Shown: in pieces, positions 29,635 to 38,728 of the stretch | How the letters are laid out: every line of letters begins with the position of its first letter | How positions within the stretch are numbered: position 1 is the first letter of the stretch | Assembly: GCA_014360055.1 (NCBI GenBank) | Contig: JACIYH010000003.1 | Span: 6,235-70,234 of the forward strand | Direction: 5' to 3' | DNA: 64,000 bases | Origin: Bacillota bacterium | Lineage (GTDB): Bacteria; Bacillota; Sulfobacillia; JACIYH01 | Made by a program: the position numbers and the translations under genes | Notes under the pieces: generated by a model | What the model was told of the DNA's origin: nothing | The model's database searches: none | What the model saw: only the letters and a program-made list of their open reading frames with translations

Positions 29635-31014
29635 ATGGATCGCGTAATCTACCTGTGGCTGGAAGGGGGCATAGCCCGGGCATATGCATCCCCCGGGGCC
29701 CGGGGGGCGCCAGAGGTTTCGGGGGTAGTGGGCCAGGAAGGAGCCGGGAAGCCTGTGCTCGTCTGTGACCGGGGCCGGTTGCTCGATGCCTCCTGCGCGG
29801 TGCCCGGCCTCCGGGTGGGGGAAAAGCGTTCCCGCCTGAGTCAGCTCTGTCCGGAGGCCACGGTAGTGTCGTACGACCCCGGGGTGTGCGGCGTGCAGGC
29901 CCGCCGGTTCTGGGATCTGGGCACCGGTGTTTCGCCGGCGGTCGACCCGGAAGCGGAAAACCGGGTCTACCTGGGTTGGAACAGTGCCTGGCCGGAGCGG
30001 GTCGAGCGGGTGGTGGGGGCCCTGGCGCAAAAGGCGGTACCCGCCCTGGGTCACCGGTTGCTGGCGGTGCTTGCCTCCAGCAAGGTGGTGGCCAGGGGCG
30101 CAGCGGAATGGCTGTACGACTCCCTTGCCAGCGGGCGCCGGCCCCGCCCTCCGGGAACGGTGACCGGGTGCCGGCTGGTGCCCCTGTCAGGAGGAGAGGG
30201 GGTGCGGGGCTGGTGGCTGGAACCGGGCCAGGGCGAAGGGGAGTTCTGGGCTTCCCTCCCGGTGCGTTACCTGTGGCCGTTACCCGGGGAAGTGGTAGAG
30301 CGTTTCCTGCGCCTGGGCCTGCACCGGATCGGGGACGTCGCCCGGTTGGGGGCGGAGGCCCTGGCCCTCAGATTCGGTCCCCTGGGGGATACCATTGCCC
30401 GCCTCGCCCGCGGGGAGGGACCGGACGAGGTGCGCCCCAGACATCCCCCCGAAAGGGTCGAGCGGCAACTCGACTTCGTCCACCCCGTGTACGACTACGG
30501 GGCGGTGGCCAGGGGGCTGCGGTGGCTGGCACGGGAGGCAGCGGCCGCCCTGCAACGGAAGGGGTACAGCGCGCGGGAGCTGGCGCTGGAGGTTGAGTGG
30601 GAAGGGGGCACCCGCACCCGGGTTGAGCGGCGTCTCCCCCGGGGGGAAGGGGATCCGGTGCGGCTGGCCGTGCTCACCGGCCTGCTCTGGGAAAGGCTCC
30701 TGCTCGGTGGACGGGATCGCTCCCGCGGGAACGGGGGAGGGGCGCGGGCAGGAGAGGTGCAGCCAGGAGAGGCGCGGGCAGGAGGGGTGCGGGCAGGGGG
30801 AGTACAGGCGGTGCGGCTGGTGGCGGGCGGGCTGGGGGAGGCCTGCTTCGGACAGTTGCAGTTGTTCCCGGGTGAGGAGCCCGTTCCCTCGGACCCCGCA
30901 GGGGAGAGGCTCCAGGCGGTGCTGCAGGGCTTGCGGGAGCGCTATGCCCGCGAGGTGGTGCGCGTGGGGATGGCGCCCACCCGCCGCCAGTTGATGCTCT
31001 CCTTCTACACCTGA
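29635..31014 (+). CDS. Y-family DNA polymerase-like protein (ImuB-like; catalytic acidic residues not evident)
   Basis: N-terminal MDRVIYLWLE in place of the canonical DMDxFFA motif. Overall palm/fingers/little-finger length. RBS GGGGGGAGCGGGG then ATG. Divergent from dinG. Confidence 0.55.
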   Translation: MDRVIYLWLEGGIARAYASPGARGAPEVSGVVGQEGAGKPVLVCDRGRLLDASCAVPGLRVGEKRSRLSQLCPEATVVSYDPGVCGVQARRFWDLGTGVSPAVDPEAENRVYLGWNSAWPERVERVVGALAQKAVPALGHRLLAVLASSKVVARGAAEWLYDSLASGRRPRPPGTVTGCRLVPLSGGEGVRGWWLEPGQGEGEFWASLPVRYLWPLPGEVVERFLRLGLHRIGDVARLGAEALALRFGPLGDTIARLARGEGPDEVRPRHPPERVERQLDFVHPVYDYGAVARGLRWLAREAAAALQRKGYSARELALEVEWEGGTRTRVERRLPRGEGDPVRLAVLTGLLWERLLLGGRDRSRGNGGGARAGEVQPGEARAGGVRAGGVQAVRLVAGGLGEACFGQLQLFPGEEPVPSDPAGERLQAVLQGLRERYAREVVRVGMAPTRRQLMLSFYT

Positions 31015-31096
31015 TGGCCCGCTCCGTCCATCATCGTCCGGCCTCCCGCCCGGTGGGCGGGTGTCCCGGAAACCGGTCAAGGGGAAGGTGAAGGGC

Positions 31097-31759
31097 ATGG
31101 TCGACGCCGTGCGATGGGAGTGGCAGGGTGGGTTGCCCGTTCCCGCGGCAGTCGTGCGCCACGGGCGACTCATGCCCATAGCAGAGATCCTCGACCGCTG
31201 GGTGGAGGCGGGTAAGTGGTGGGAGGGAGAAGAAGCAGAGACCATCTTCTTCCGCGTCCAGTTGGGCGATGGCAGTGTCCGGCAGCTCAGCCACCCGCTG
31301 GGCGGGCAAAGGAAGCCGGATGGGTGCGCGTTGGCCGAAGGAATCCGTCAACTGACGGTACCGGCTCCAGTAGCTCAAGGAATAGACGGTGTGGTTGACG
31401 ACAGACCGCTCGGCTCAGACGGCGCGGCCCTCCTCCCGAGCAGCAGGTGGGCTCGTGGGGCAACCCTGCTCGCGGGCCGGGGACGCGTGCGAGAGCCACT
31501 GCACGATGACCAGGGCAGCGACGAGCGAGCCGCCGCCTCCGGTGGCAAATGCCCAGCCCGCGCCCCAGCGGTCGGCCACGGCTCCCGCGAACAGGCTGCC
31601 CAGGGGGCCGGTACCCTGCATGAGCATGCTGTAGACGCTCATGGCCCTCCCGCGCATCTGGGGAGGGACGCTCACCTGGATGGTGCTGTTGGCGGAAGCG
31701 GTGAAGGTGATCATGGTCCAGCCCACCGCCAGGAGGAGCGGCATCAATACGGCGAATGA
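31097..31759 (+). CDS. Candidate small protein downstream of the ImuB-like gene; the 3' end is unreliable
   Basis: The first about 60 codons have high GC3 and read MVDAVRWEWQGGLPVPAAVVRHGRLMPIAEILDRWVEAGKWWEGEEAETIFFRVQLGDGSV. After that the coding signal decays, and the ORF runs 345 nt antisense into the convergent MFS gene. Confidence 0.2.
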   Translation: MVDAVRWEWQGGLPVPAAVVRHGRLMPIAEILDRWVEAGKWWEGEEAETIFFRVQLGDGSVRQLSHPLGGQRKPDGCALAEGIRQLTVPAPVAQGIDGVVDDRPLGSDGAALLPSSRWARGATLLAGRGRVREPLHDDQGSDERAAASGGKCPARAPAVGHGSREQAAQGAGTLHEHAVDAHGPPAHLGRDAHLDGAVGGSGEGDHGPAHRQEERHQYGE

Positions 31760-32701
31760 GCGCCCCCACGGGAGCGGGCCGGTGGTGAGGCCCAGGATAG
31801 TTTCCAGGCCGGTGAAGGCGAAGAGGGCTCCCCAGAGGAGGCGTGGCCGGGGCCCCCCAGTGCTCAGGGAAGCCAGGGCCAGCGCCCCCGCCAGGGCGCC
31901 GGCCCCCTGGGCGGAGAGGAGGAACCCGAACCCCTCCGAGCCTGTGTGCATCTCCTGCCGGGCCAGCACCGGCAGGAGGGTCTGAAAGTTCATGGCCAGC
32001 GTACTGGTGATGCCGGCGGCCAGGAACACCGCCAGGACGGCGGGCGTGCGGGAAATGAACGAGAGGCCTGCTCCGATGTCGCGGAGCAGCCCCATGCGGC
32101 CGGGGGTGGGGTGCTCGTCCAGATCCATGAGGGCCAGGCTTACCAGAACGGCGAGGAAGCTGAACCCGTTCGCCACGAAGGCCCACCCCGTGCCGGTGGC
32201 GGCGATGAGCAGGCCGGCCACGGACGGGCCGATGAGGCGGGCCACGTTGAAGCTGGTGGAGTTGAGGGCGATGGCGTTGAGAATGTCCTCCCGGCCCACC
32301 AGGTCCATGATCATGGACTGGCGGGCGGGGACATCGAAGGAGGTGACCACGCCCAGCAGGGTGGCCAGCACCATGATGTGAGTGACGGTCACGCGGCCGG
32401 TGAGGGTGAGCGTACCCAGGACGAAGGCCAGGGTCATGGCGGCCGCCTGGGTGGCCATGACCAGTTTGCGGCGGGGGAGGCGGTCGGCCACCGCGCCGGC
32501 CGGGAGGGCCAGGAAGAAGATGGGCGTGAACTGCAGTGCCCCCACCACCCCGAGCAGGAAGGGGGAATCGCTGAGTTCCAGGACCAGCCAGGACTGGGCC
32601 ACCCGCTGCATCCAGGTGCCGATCAGGGATATGCACTGACCGATCCAGTACAACCGGAAATTGCGGTGTCGAAGGGCGGCAAAGGGACTGCGCAGTGTCA
32701 A
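31415..32701 (-). CDS. MFS transporter (EntS/macrolide-efflux-like, DHA family)
   Basis: 12 TM helices. N-terminus FRLYWIGQCISLIGTWMQRVAQSWLVLEL. Confidence 0.85.
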   Translation of the reverse strand: MTLRSPFAALRHRNFRLYWIGQCISLIGTWMQRVAQSWLVLELSDSPFLLGVVGALQFTPIFFLALPAGAVADRLPRRKLVMATQAAAMTLAFVLGTLTLTGRVTVTHIMVLATLLGVVTSFDVPARQSMIMDLVGREDILNAIALNSTSFNVARLIGPSVAGLLIAATGTGWAFVANGFSFLAVLVSLALMDLDEHPTPGRMGLLRDIGAGLSFISRTPAVLAVFLAAGITSTLAMNFQTLLPVLARQEMHTGSEGFGFLLSAQGAGALAGALALASLSTGGPRPRLLWGALFAFTGLETILGLTTGPLPWGRSFAVLMPLLLAVGWTMITFTASANSTIQVSVPPQMRGRAMSVYSMLMQGTGPLGSLFAGAVADRWGAGWAFATGGGGSLVAALVIVQWLSHASPAREQGCPTSPPAAREEGRAV

Positions 32702-32860
32702 ACGGGGATCCCCCAGTTACTTCGGGAAACTCAATATCCGCTATTCCAGGGAAGGGGGGGTGATTCCTTCTCCACACCCCGGGGCTCGCCGGCCACCGCG
32801 GGGCACCCCGGCAGGAACTGCTGGCAAAATGGGGAAACCAGTAAATCCGGGGGTGATGGG

Positions 32861-34234
32861 TTGAAGGCGTTCCTGCAGGCGCTGGTCAAGGACAGGCCGG
32901 CTGACTACGTGGAGGCCCGTTACGAGGAGAGCACCACCGTCCGCATCGTCTACCGGGGGCCCAGGCTGGAAACCGTCTCGGAGTCGGTGCTCACCGGGGG
33001 CGCGCTGCGGGCCCTGGTGAACGGGGGTTGGGGCTTTGTGTCCTTCAACCGGCCGGAAGACGCGGAGGAACTGGTGAGTGCGGCCCTGGCCGCGGCCGAA
33101 CGGGTGGGTCGCGAACGGGGGGAGAAGGTGACCCTGGCTCCCGTGGATCCGGTGGAGGCGGAGGTGCGGCTCGATCCCGGCGAGGACCCCCGCCGGATCA
33201 GCCTGGCCCAGAAAGTGGATCTGATGGGCGAGTACAACCGCCGCATTATGGCCTGGGGCCCTCCCGTGACCACGTCCCAGGTTCTGTACCAGGAAAAGTT
33301 CACCCGGCTGTGGTTGTGTACCTCAGAGGGGACGGCCATCTACCAGGAAAAGCTGGACCTGGCCGGTCTGCTGGGGGCGGTGGCAACCCGTGGGGGACTC
33401 ACGCAGATAGCACGCCACGGTTTCGGATCTTCGCGGGACTTCGGGGTGGCGCGCGGCCTGGAGGGGCGGGTGGACGAGGTATGCCGCCTGGCGGCGGACC
33501 TCTTGGATGCCCCGGTGGTGCAGGCGGGGGAGTACCCGGTGGTGTGTGACCCCAGACTGGCCGGGGTCTTCGTGCATGAAGCCTTCGGGCACCTTAGCGA
33601 AGCCGACGATCTGGCCGAGAACCCCTCGCTGCAACAGGTCATGAAACTGGGGCGGCGCTTCGGGAGGGATATCCTCAACATATATGACAGCGGCCTGGAG
33701 CGGGGGGCTCGGGGCTACCTCCCCTTCGACGACGAAGGTACGCCCACGGAGAAGACCTACCTGATCAGGGAAGGGGTGCTGGTGGGCAGGCTGCACTCCC
33801 GGGAATCGGCCGGCCGGCTGGGGGAGCGCCCCACCGGCAACGCCCGTGCCCTCGACTTCCGCTTCCCGCCCATCTGCCGGATGCGCAACACGGGCATCGA
33901 GGCCGGGACTGCCTCCTTCGAGGATCTCCTCGAGGGAATAAACCTGGGCGTGTACGCGGTGGACTCTTACGGCGGTGAGACGAACGGGGAGATGTTCACG
34001 TTCACCGCGGGATACGGGCGCATGATCAGGAACGGCGAACTGGCGGAACTTGTGCGCGAGGTCAAGCTGACTGGCAACGTGTTCCATACCCTGGAGAACA
34101 TCGATGCCATCGGCCGGGATGTCTCGACCGGGGAGGGCCCCGGCGGTTGCGGCAAGGGGGCGCAGGCTCCCCTGCCGGTGAGCCACTGGAGCCCACCCAT
34201 CCGCATCCGCCGGGCCGTCATCGGGGGGAGGTGA
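32861..34234 (+). CDS. tldD: TldD family metalloprotease
   Basis: HEAFGHLSEAD metal-binding motif. TTG start at 32861; the longer upstream ORF is antisense to the MFS gene. Confidence 0.85.
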   Translation: MKAFLQALVKDRPADYVEARYEESTTVRIVYRGPRLETVSESVLTGGALRALVNGGWGFVSFNRPEDAEELVSAALAAAERVGRERGEKVTLAPVDPVEAEVRLDPGEDPRRISLAQKVDLMGEYNRRIMAWGPPVTTSQVLYQEKFTRLWLCTSEGTAIYQEKLDLAGLLGAVATRGGLTQIARHGFGSSRDFGVARGLEGRVDEVCRLAADLLDAPVVQAGEYPVVCDPRLAGVFVHEAFGHLSEADDLAENPSLQQVMKLGRRFGRDILNIYDSGLERGARGYLPFDDEGTPTEKTYLIREGVLVGRLHSRESAGRLGERPTGNARALDFRFPPICRMRNTGIEAGTASFEDLLEGINLGVYAVDSYGGETNGEMFTFTAGYGRMIRNGELAELVREVKLTGNVFHTLENIDAIGRDVSTGEGPGGCGKGAQAPLPVSHWSPPIRIRRAVIGGR

Positions 34235-34239
34235 CCGGG

Positions 34240-35598
34240 ATGAGCGAGGGGGATGTACGGGCGGAGTTCGCCACCCAGTTCGCCTTCATGGAAGAGGTGC
34301 TGGAACGGGCGCGGCGTGCGGGGGCCCAGGCGGAGGTTTACTGGTCTTGCAGCGAGCGGTTGCCCGTCAACTTCGAGGCCGGCCGTCTCAAGCGTATCGA
34401 GACCACCCGTCACCACGCTTTTGCCCTCCGGGTCATACATGAGGGCCGGGTGGGGCTGACCTCGTCTACGGTGGCAGGCGAGCCCGCGGAGATGGTGGAG
34501 CGGGCCATGGCAGCGGCCCGGTACGGACCGGAGGCCGGGTTTTCCTTCCCGTCCTCGGACCCCGGCGCGGACCCCGGGGACTGGTGGGATGATCGGGTGG
34601 CCGCGCTGGGCCAGGACGTGCTGGTGGATTGGGGATGGACCTTCGTCACCGGCGTGCACGGGCTGGACGGGGCGCTGGCCCACGCCAACCTCGGACGGCA
34701 GATCGGCGCCACCCGCATCATCAACACCGCCGGTCTGGATGCGGTCTACCGCAAGACCGCGGTTTCCGCCGTATTCGTCGCCGAGGTCACCGAGGAGGGG
34801 AACTTCCTGCACGTGTACGACTGGGATGCCTCCACCAGAGGTGACCTGGACATAACCGGTATGGCGGCGCGGGTGGTGGAAGACCTGCGGGCGGCCCGGC
34901 AAAACGTGGTGATGCCGCCCGGTGAGTATCCGGTAGTACTGGCCCCCCGGGCCGTGCGCGACCTGCTCGGGCCCATCCTGGCCTGTGCGGACGGACGTGC
35001 CGTGCAGCGCGGGGTCTCGCCGTGGCGGGATCGCCTGGGGGAGGAGATGTTCCACCGTTCCTTCACCCTGGTGGACGACGGCCGGCTGCCCGGTGCAGCG
35101 GCGAGCTGCCTCTGCGATGATGAGGGAGTACCCACGGGTCGCACACCCATCGTCCAGGACGGGGTACTGCGGAGCTTCCTCCTCGATCTGGAGTCGGCCT
35201 CCGCGCTGGGGTTGACCCCCACCGGAAACGGTGCGCGAGGCGAGATGGCCGACGGACCACCCGTGCCCCAGCCCACCAACCTGGTCATTCCGGCGGGTGA
35301 GCAGCCCCTGGCCGACTTGCTGACAGGTATGCGGGACGGGATCCTGGTGGAGAACTTCATGGGAGCCTGGTCCGGGAACCTCTACGCGGGGGTGGTGACG
35401 GGCAACGTGGCCCTCGGCTACCGCGTCCGGGGAGGGGAGAGGGTGGGCCGGGTGAAGGACTGTATGTTCTCCGTCAACGCCTTCACCGCCCTCAAAGAAG
35501 CCCTGGGGGGCATCAGCCGGGAAACCCGGCGGCTGGGATCGGTTTCCTTCCCCTACCTGCTGCTGGAGCGGGCCACCATCACCTCCCGCTCCGACTGA
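34240..35598 (+). CDS. pmbA: TldE/PmbA family metalloprotease partner
   Basis: PmbA/TldD fold. Immediately downstream of tldD. Confidence 0.85.
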   Translation: MSEGDVRAEFATQFAFMEEVLERARRAGAQAEVYWSCSERLPVNFEAGRLKRIETTRHHAFALRVIHEGRVGLTSSTVAGEPAEMVERAMAAARYGPEAGFSFPSSDPGADPGDWWDDRVAALGQDVLVDWGWTFVTGVHGLDGALAHANLGRQIGATRIINTAGLDAVYRKTAVSAVFVAEVTEEGNFLHVYDWDASTRGDLDITGMAARVVEDLRAARQNVVMPPGEYPVVLAPRAVRDLLGPILACADGRAVQRGVSPWRDRLGEEMFHRSFTLVDDGRLPGAAASCLCDDEGVPTGRTPIVQDGVLRSFLLDLESASALGLTPTGNGARGEMADGPPVPQPTNLVIPAGEQPLADLLTGMRDGILVENFMGAWSGNLYAGVVTGNVALGYRVRGGERVGRVKDCMFSVNAFTALKEALGGISRETRRLGSVSFPYLLLERATITSRSD

Positions 35599-35663
35599 CG
35601 CAGTCGGGGGCCGCTTTGCAGCGTGTCGGGAGTGGTCGATATAAGGGGAGAGGTGTCGATCGC

Positions 35664-36479
35664 GTGCCATGGGTGAATGTGGATGATTTCCAACTGTACT
35701 GGGCGGGCGATCTCAAGGAAGCGGGGGGTGTGGTTGCCTTCGTGCACGGGGCCGGGGGCAACCACACCCACTGGCTGCCCCAGATCGCGCATCTGCGGTC
35801 GCTACCAGGGTGGAGCGTGGTGGCCTTCGACCTGCCCGGTCACGGGCGTTCGGGGGGCGAAGCCCGCGCCAGCATCCCCGAGTATGCGGGAGTGATATTC
35901 CGCGCCCTGGGGGCCATGGTCGCCTCGGGCGGAGCGGCCCCGTGCGGTGGGGCCTCAGGGGGGCGGCCCGTGGTGGTGGCGGGCCACTCCATGGGTGGCG
36001 CCATTGCCCTCGAGATGGCCCTTACCTACCCTGGCTTCCTGGCCGGTCTCATCCTGGTGGGGACGGGGGCCCGCCTGCGCGTGCTCCCCGCCGCTCTGGA
36101 GAAGATGTCCCGGGGGGAGCGGGACGAGACCCTGCTCCGCCTTGCCTACGGCCCGGAGGCCCCTCCGGGGTTGCTGAAGCGGGGACGGGCGGAATACCAG
36201 GCCGTACCGGTGGAGGTCCTCTACCGGGACTACAGCGCCTGCGACCGCTTCGACCGCATGCAGGAGGTGGGGGAACTGCAGCTTCCCACCCTGGTGGTGG
36301 TGGGAGCCGAGGACGCCCTCACCCCGCCCAAGTACTCCCGCTACCTGGCGGAAAGGCTGCAGGGGAAGCTGTACGTTGTCCCCGGCTGCGGGCACATGGT
36401 GATGCTGGAGAAGCCAACCCCCGTCAACGAAGCCCTCACCGAGTTCCTGACCAACCTCGTTCACGCGAGGGAACACTGA
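35664..36479 (+). CDS. Alpha/beta hydrolase
   Basis: HGAGGNHTHW oxyanion region, GHSMGG nucleophile elbow and a C-terminal GCGHMVMLEKP. GTG start after AAGGGGAGAGG. Confidence 0.75.
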   Translation: MPWVNVDDFQLYWAGDLKEAGGVVAFVHGAGGNHTHWLPQIAHLRSLPGWSVVAFDLPGHGRSGGEARASIPEYAGVIFRALGAMVASGGAAPCGGASGGRPVVVAGHSMGGAIALEMALTYPGFLAGLILVGTGARLRVLPAALEKMSRGERDETLLRLAYGPEAPPGLLKRGRAEYQAVPVEVLYRDYSACDRFDRMQEVGELQLPTLVVVGAEDALTPPKYSRYLAERLQGKLYVVPGCGHMVMLEKPTPVNEALTEFLTNLVHAREH

Positions 36480-36491
36480 ACGGAGCCAGCC

Positions 36492-37607
36492 ATGCGGGTG
36501 GCCCCTCTGAACGACGACCTGGAAGGAGAAACCCTCGCCCGCGCCATCTGTACCGCCACGGGGCAGTTGCTGGTGGGGGAGGGGGTGGTGCTGACCAGGT
36601 CCCTCATAAGGCGCCTGAGGGAGCGGGGTTTCACGCGCGTGGCAGTACGGGACCCGCTGTTCGAGGGCGTGGCAGTGGACGACGCCGTGTGCGAGGAGAC
36701 GCGGACCATGGCGGCTCGCGCCGTCCACACCGTCCTCGAACGGGTGACCCGGGGGGAGGAGCCGGAGTGGGGCCGGGTGGCCGAGGTGGTGAGGGCGGTG
36801 ATGTGGGAGCTCAGGCAGAGCCCCCGGGTTGTGCTGAGCCTCTCCGCCCTGCGCAGTCACGATGAATACACCTGTGTCCATTCCGTGAACGTTTGCATCC
36901 TGGCCGGAGTATTGGGGATCGCCCTGGACCTGTCTGAAGACGAGTTGGCCGACGTGGGATTGGGGGCCATCCTCCACGACCTTGGCAAGATCTGCGTGTC
37001 CCCCGAGACCCTGGCCAAGCCCGGTCCCCTGGCGGAAGCGGAATGGGGGCAGGTACGCGCACACCCCATGGAAGGCTACCTGCTCATGGTCCGCAAGGTG
37101 GGGGCGAGCTACCTGGCCGCCCACGCCGCCCTTGACCACCACGAGCGCATGGACGGGTCCGGGTATCCCCGGGGTCTGGCAGGGCGGGAGATCACGCTGA
37201 TCGGGCGCATGGTGGCCATCGCCGACGTGTTCGACGCCATGGCCAGCGACCGCGTGTACCGAGAACGGGTCCCGCCCCACCTCTGCCTCGCCCATCTGAG
37301 GGACCAGGCCGGGAGGCTTTACGATGCGTCTCTGGTGAGGCGGTTTTGCGACCGCATCGCCCCTTACCCCGTGGGTAGCCTGGTCAGGCTGAGCACTGGC
37401 GAACTGGCGGCGGTGGTGGCCTGTCAGGCCGGGCAAGCTTCCGCCCCCCGGGTACGGGTGGTGTCCGACCCCGAACTGCGCCCCGTGGCACCGCGGGAAG
37501 TCGACCTGGCGTCCGCGCCGGGGATAACCGTAACCGAGGTCCTGGACGATTACCCGCCGCCCTTCAGGCGCCGCCTCCGGTCCCAGGCTTGCCCTGCCTC
37601 CCCGTGA
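36492..37607 (+). CDS. HD-GYP domain phosphodiesterase (c-di-GMP)
   Basis: HD motif ILHDLGK, HHERMDGSGYP (a GYP motif), and a C-terminal extension. Confidence 0.8.
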   Translation: MRVAPLNDDLEGETLARAICTATGQLLVGEGVVLTRSLIRRLRERGFTRVAVRDPLFEGVAVDDAVCEETRTMAARAVHTVLERVTRGEEPEWGRVAEVVRAVMWELRQSPRVVLSLSALRSHDEYTCVHSVNVCILAGVLGIALDLSEDELADVGLGAILHDLGKICVSPETLAKPGPLAEAEWGQVRAHPMEGYLLMVRKVGASYLAAHAALDHHERMDGSGYPRGLAGREITLIGRMVAIADVFDAMASDRVYRERVPPHLCLAHLRDQAGRLYDASLVRRFCDRIAPYPVGSLVRLSTGELAAVVACQAGQASAPRVRVVSDPELRPVAPREVDLASAPGITVTEVLDDYPPPFRRRLRSQACPASP

Positions 37608-37627
37608 TGTATACAATGATGTAGGAG

Positions 37628-37900
37628 GTGCCGGGTCTGATCCGAAAGCAACTGTACGTCTCCAAGAAACAGGACATGCTGCTCAAGCAGCGGGCTGCCC
37701 AGTGGGGGGTGAGCGAAGCCGAACTGGTTCGCCAGGCGATCGAGTTCTACCTTGTCCCCGGAATATACCCTCCTCGCGACCTCTCGGCCTGGGAGCGGGA
37801 GAAATCGTTCATCAGTGCGAGGGCCCAAGAACTGGGGGGAACGGACGAGCCCGCCGGCTGGAAGAGAGAGGAACTATACGATGGGCGGCGTACTGGTTGA
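37628..37900 (+). CDS. vapB: Ribbon-helix-helix (CopG/VapB-type) antitoxin
   Basis: RKQLYVSKKQDMLLKQRAAQWGVSEAELVRQAIEFYL fits a beta-strand plus two helices. It overlaps the downstream PIN gene by 20 nt. The start is uncertain because the SD is too close to the first GTG. Confidence 0.55.
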   Translation: MPGLIRKQLYVSKKQDMLLKQRAAQWGVSEAELVRQAIEFYLVPGIYPPRDLSAWEREKSFISARAQELGGTDEPAGWKREELYDGRRTG

Positions 37901-38342
37901 CACCAATGTGGTCGTGTACGCCTACGGTTCCGACGACGCCAAGCGGGCACGGGCCGTGGAGGTCATGGACCTCCTGGTGCGCGCGGGCGTGGGGTTCCTG
38001 AGCACGCAGGTGCTGGCCGAGTTCTGTGTGGCCGCGAGCCGGAAACTGAAGCCGCCCCTGACCTGGGCGCAGATTACCGAGCGGGTGCAGAACTACCTGG
38101 CGGCGTGGCGCGTGTTAGAGGTGACCGGGCCCATCGTCATGGAGGCGGTGCGGGGCGTGGCACAGCACGGATTCTCTTACTGGGACGCTCAGATATGGGC
38201 CACCGCCCGCTTGAATCAGATCCCGGTGGTACTGAGCGAGGACCTTGGCAGCCGGTCAGCCTCCGTAGAAGGGGTGTGGTTTGTGGACCCGTTTGCGCCC
38301 GAGTTCGATCCCACCGCTTTCATCACTTCGGTCTTGGTGTAG
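37881..38342 (+). CDS. vapC: PIN-domain toxin
   Basis: MGGVLVDTNVVVYAY (with the D of DTN), then conserved acidic residues later in the sequence (LSED). Confidence 0.8.
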   Translation: MGGVLVDTNVVVYAYGSDDAKRARAVEVMDLLVRAGVGFLSTQVLAEFCVAASRKLKPPLTWAQITERVQNYLAAWRVLEVTGPIVMEAVRGVAQHGFSYWDAQIWATARLNQIPVVLSEDLGSRSASVEGVWFVDPFAPEFDPTAFITSVLV

Positions 38343-38384
38343 CGGCGTTGGGTGCAACCTGAGGCAGCGGGCCTTTGCTTTTCC

Positions 38385-38413
38385 TTTACAGGGGGGCGGG
38401 GATTGAGTATAAT
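38385..38413 (+). promoter_or_regulatory. Near-consensus sigma-A promoter TTTACA-N17-TATAAT
   Basis: The -35 is at 38385-38390, followed by an exact 17-nt spacer and a perfect TATAAT at 38408-38413. It lies in a locally AT-richer pocket. Confidence 0.6.
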
Positions 38414-38419
38414 GTGATT

Positions 38420-38626
38420 GCAGTATGGGTTGCTGAAGGGCCGACGTCTTAGTTTTGACCACCCAGGCGGAGCGGCGTGTATTCCCGCAGGGGAAGGGGT
38501 CCGAGGCCTGATGGCTGTAGTGGCGGCCGCGCCCGTGTCGGATCGGCGATGCGGGAGGTGGCGCGACGGCGTTAGCAAGCAGATGAGGCAGGGTCGGGTG
38601 CACAATCCCGGCCCTGTTGCTTTTGT
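38420..38626 (+). ncRNA. Candidate structured small RNA, about 205 nt; class unresolved (6S-like rod, or a riboswitch/leader of the acs operon)
   Basis: Bounded by the promoter above and an intrinsic terminator. The 5' and 3' ends show collinear complementarity (TTGCT/AGCAA, CGACGTC/GACGGCG, CCACC/GGTGG). GC3 is not coding-like and only a junk 75-aa ORF is present. Confidence 0.35.
38589..38626 (+). terminator. Rho-independent terminator: a 10-bp stem (CAGGGTCGGG/CCCGGCCCTG with one G-U pair), loop TGCACAAT, then TTGCTTTTGT
   Basis: Read directly from the sequence. Confidence 0.6.
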
Positions 38627-38728
38627 ATACAGAAAGTTCACTTAGTTTTTGGACAGGGGGAGGATGATGGCTGCTCGCAACTGGAACTGAGCAAGGGATT
38701 GACTCGCCAGAGGGCAGGGGGTGTGCAA

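Noticed and set aside
31946-32860. N-terminal 300 aa of the 762-aa tldD ORF
   Set aside because: Antisense to the MFS exporter. The TldD homology begins at LKAFLQALVKDRPADYV (TTG at 32861).
38455-38475. ZTP-riboswitch-like CCGCCTGGG pseudoknot motif (on the minus strand)
   Set aside because: Wrong strand relative to any downstream gene, and the other ZTP core motifs are absent. This is a chance 9-mer in GC-rich DNA.
38545-38575. T-box-like GGGAGGTGGCGCGACG
   Set aside because: Does not match the T-box core UGGNACCGCG. There is no specifier-loop architecture and no aminoacyl-tRNA-related gene downstream.
38418-38645. 75-aa ORF inside the candidate sRNA
   Set aside because: Low GC3 and no RBS. 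It spans the intrinsic terminator.
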